Assembly (NCBI GenBank): GCA_025786725.1
Contig: JAHLTZ010000041.1
Coordinates: forward strand, 1-64,000
DNA: 64,000 nt
Direction of reading: 5' to 3'
DNA from: Syncephalis fuscata S228
Lineage: Eukaryota > Fungi > Zoopagomycota
Below, one piece after another: positions 63,610 through 64,000 of the stretch. Position 1 is the first letter of the stretch. Every line of letters begins with the position of its first letter. A program made the position numbers and the translations under genes. The notes beneath the pieces are model-generated. The model was not told where the DNA came from. It was given only the letters and a program-made list of their open reading frames with translations, and made no database searches.

Positions 63610-64000
63610 TTAACTACTTTGAGATTCACGAGGCTGATCATTATTGTTGTTGGTCATGCGTAGAAAGTTTGATCGAATATTAATAAAAGCCATTGATTGC
63701 GATTCCATATCATTCCGCAGTTGTTAGTGTTGTTACTACTCACAGTGTGGATTATTGCATCTGAATGGTCTTTTCTATCTTCCAATTTTCTACCGTTGCA
63801 TTTTAGGCATATTTGCAATGTAAGATATTCATCTATGGTGACAAGAAGGCAAAATGACTAGTATTCTTGATGCTCACCATTGTCTTGAGCATTCTTAATA
63901 TCAACTTGTAAGCCTAGATTATTTGCCGACCATTGATAAAGCAAATGGCCTCCACCATATGCAATAGTGATAGGTTGGGTGTCTTTACCAAGGAGATCTT
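63610..64000 (-). pseudogene. Decayed Fanzor (eukaryotic TnpB-like RNA-guided nuclease), C-terminal part; continues beyond the window
   Basis: Across frameshifts: ITIAYGGG / FALSMVGK*SRLTS* / LLVTIDEYLTLQICLKC..IHTV..NCGMIWNRN / MAFINIRSNFLRMTNNNN, i.e. RuvC-II, zinc finger and RuvC-III order. Confidence 0.75.

Overview
Eukaryotic, AT-rich, intron-dense DNA with short (~45-70 nt) introns. Gene content and style point to an early-diverging fungus; a Zoopagomycota such as Syncephalis is my inference, not something the sequence proves. Two compact housekeeping blocks occupy ~5.8-28.7 kb (PSF1, Tra2/SR45a-like RRM, ASPM, P450, CSN1, TYR1, METTL21-like, DOA1, VPS36) and ~49.8-63.4 kb (TFIP11, vertebrate-type PMS1, F-box, KIN1, CSN9-like). 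They alternate with repeat-rich accessory DNA carrying three near-identical paralogs of a secreted protein built from an unrecognised 8-Cys domain and Pro/Thr linkers, a degenerate Mutator-like element at their duplication junction, a long foldback inverted repeat, a secreted subtilisin, a decarboxylase bracketed by inverted repeats, and a secreted pseudokinase. Three signals are not visible in the ORF track: an AT-AC (U12-type) intron in VPS36, a decayed Fanzor/TnpB-like nuclease 3' end with downstream hairpins at the right edge, and several 1-nt frameshifts in conserved genes that look like consensus errors.
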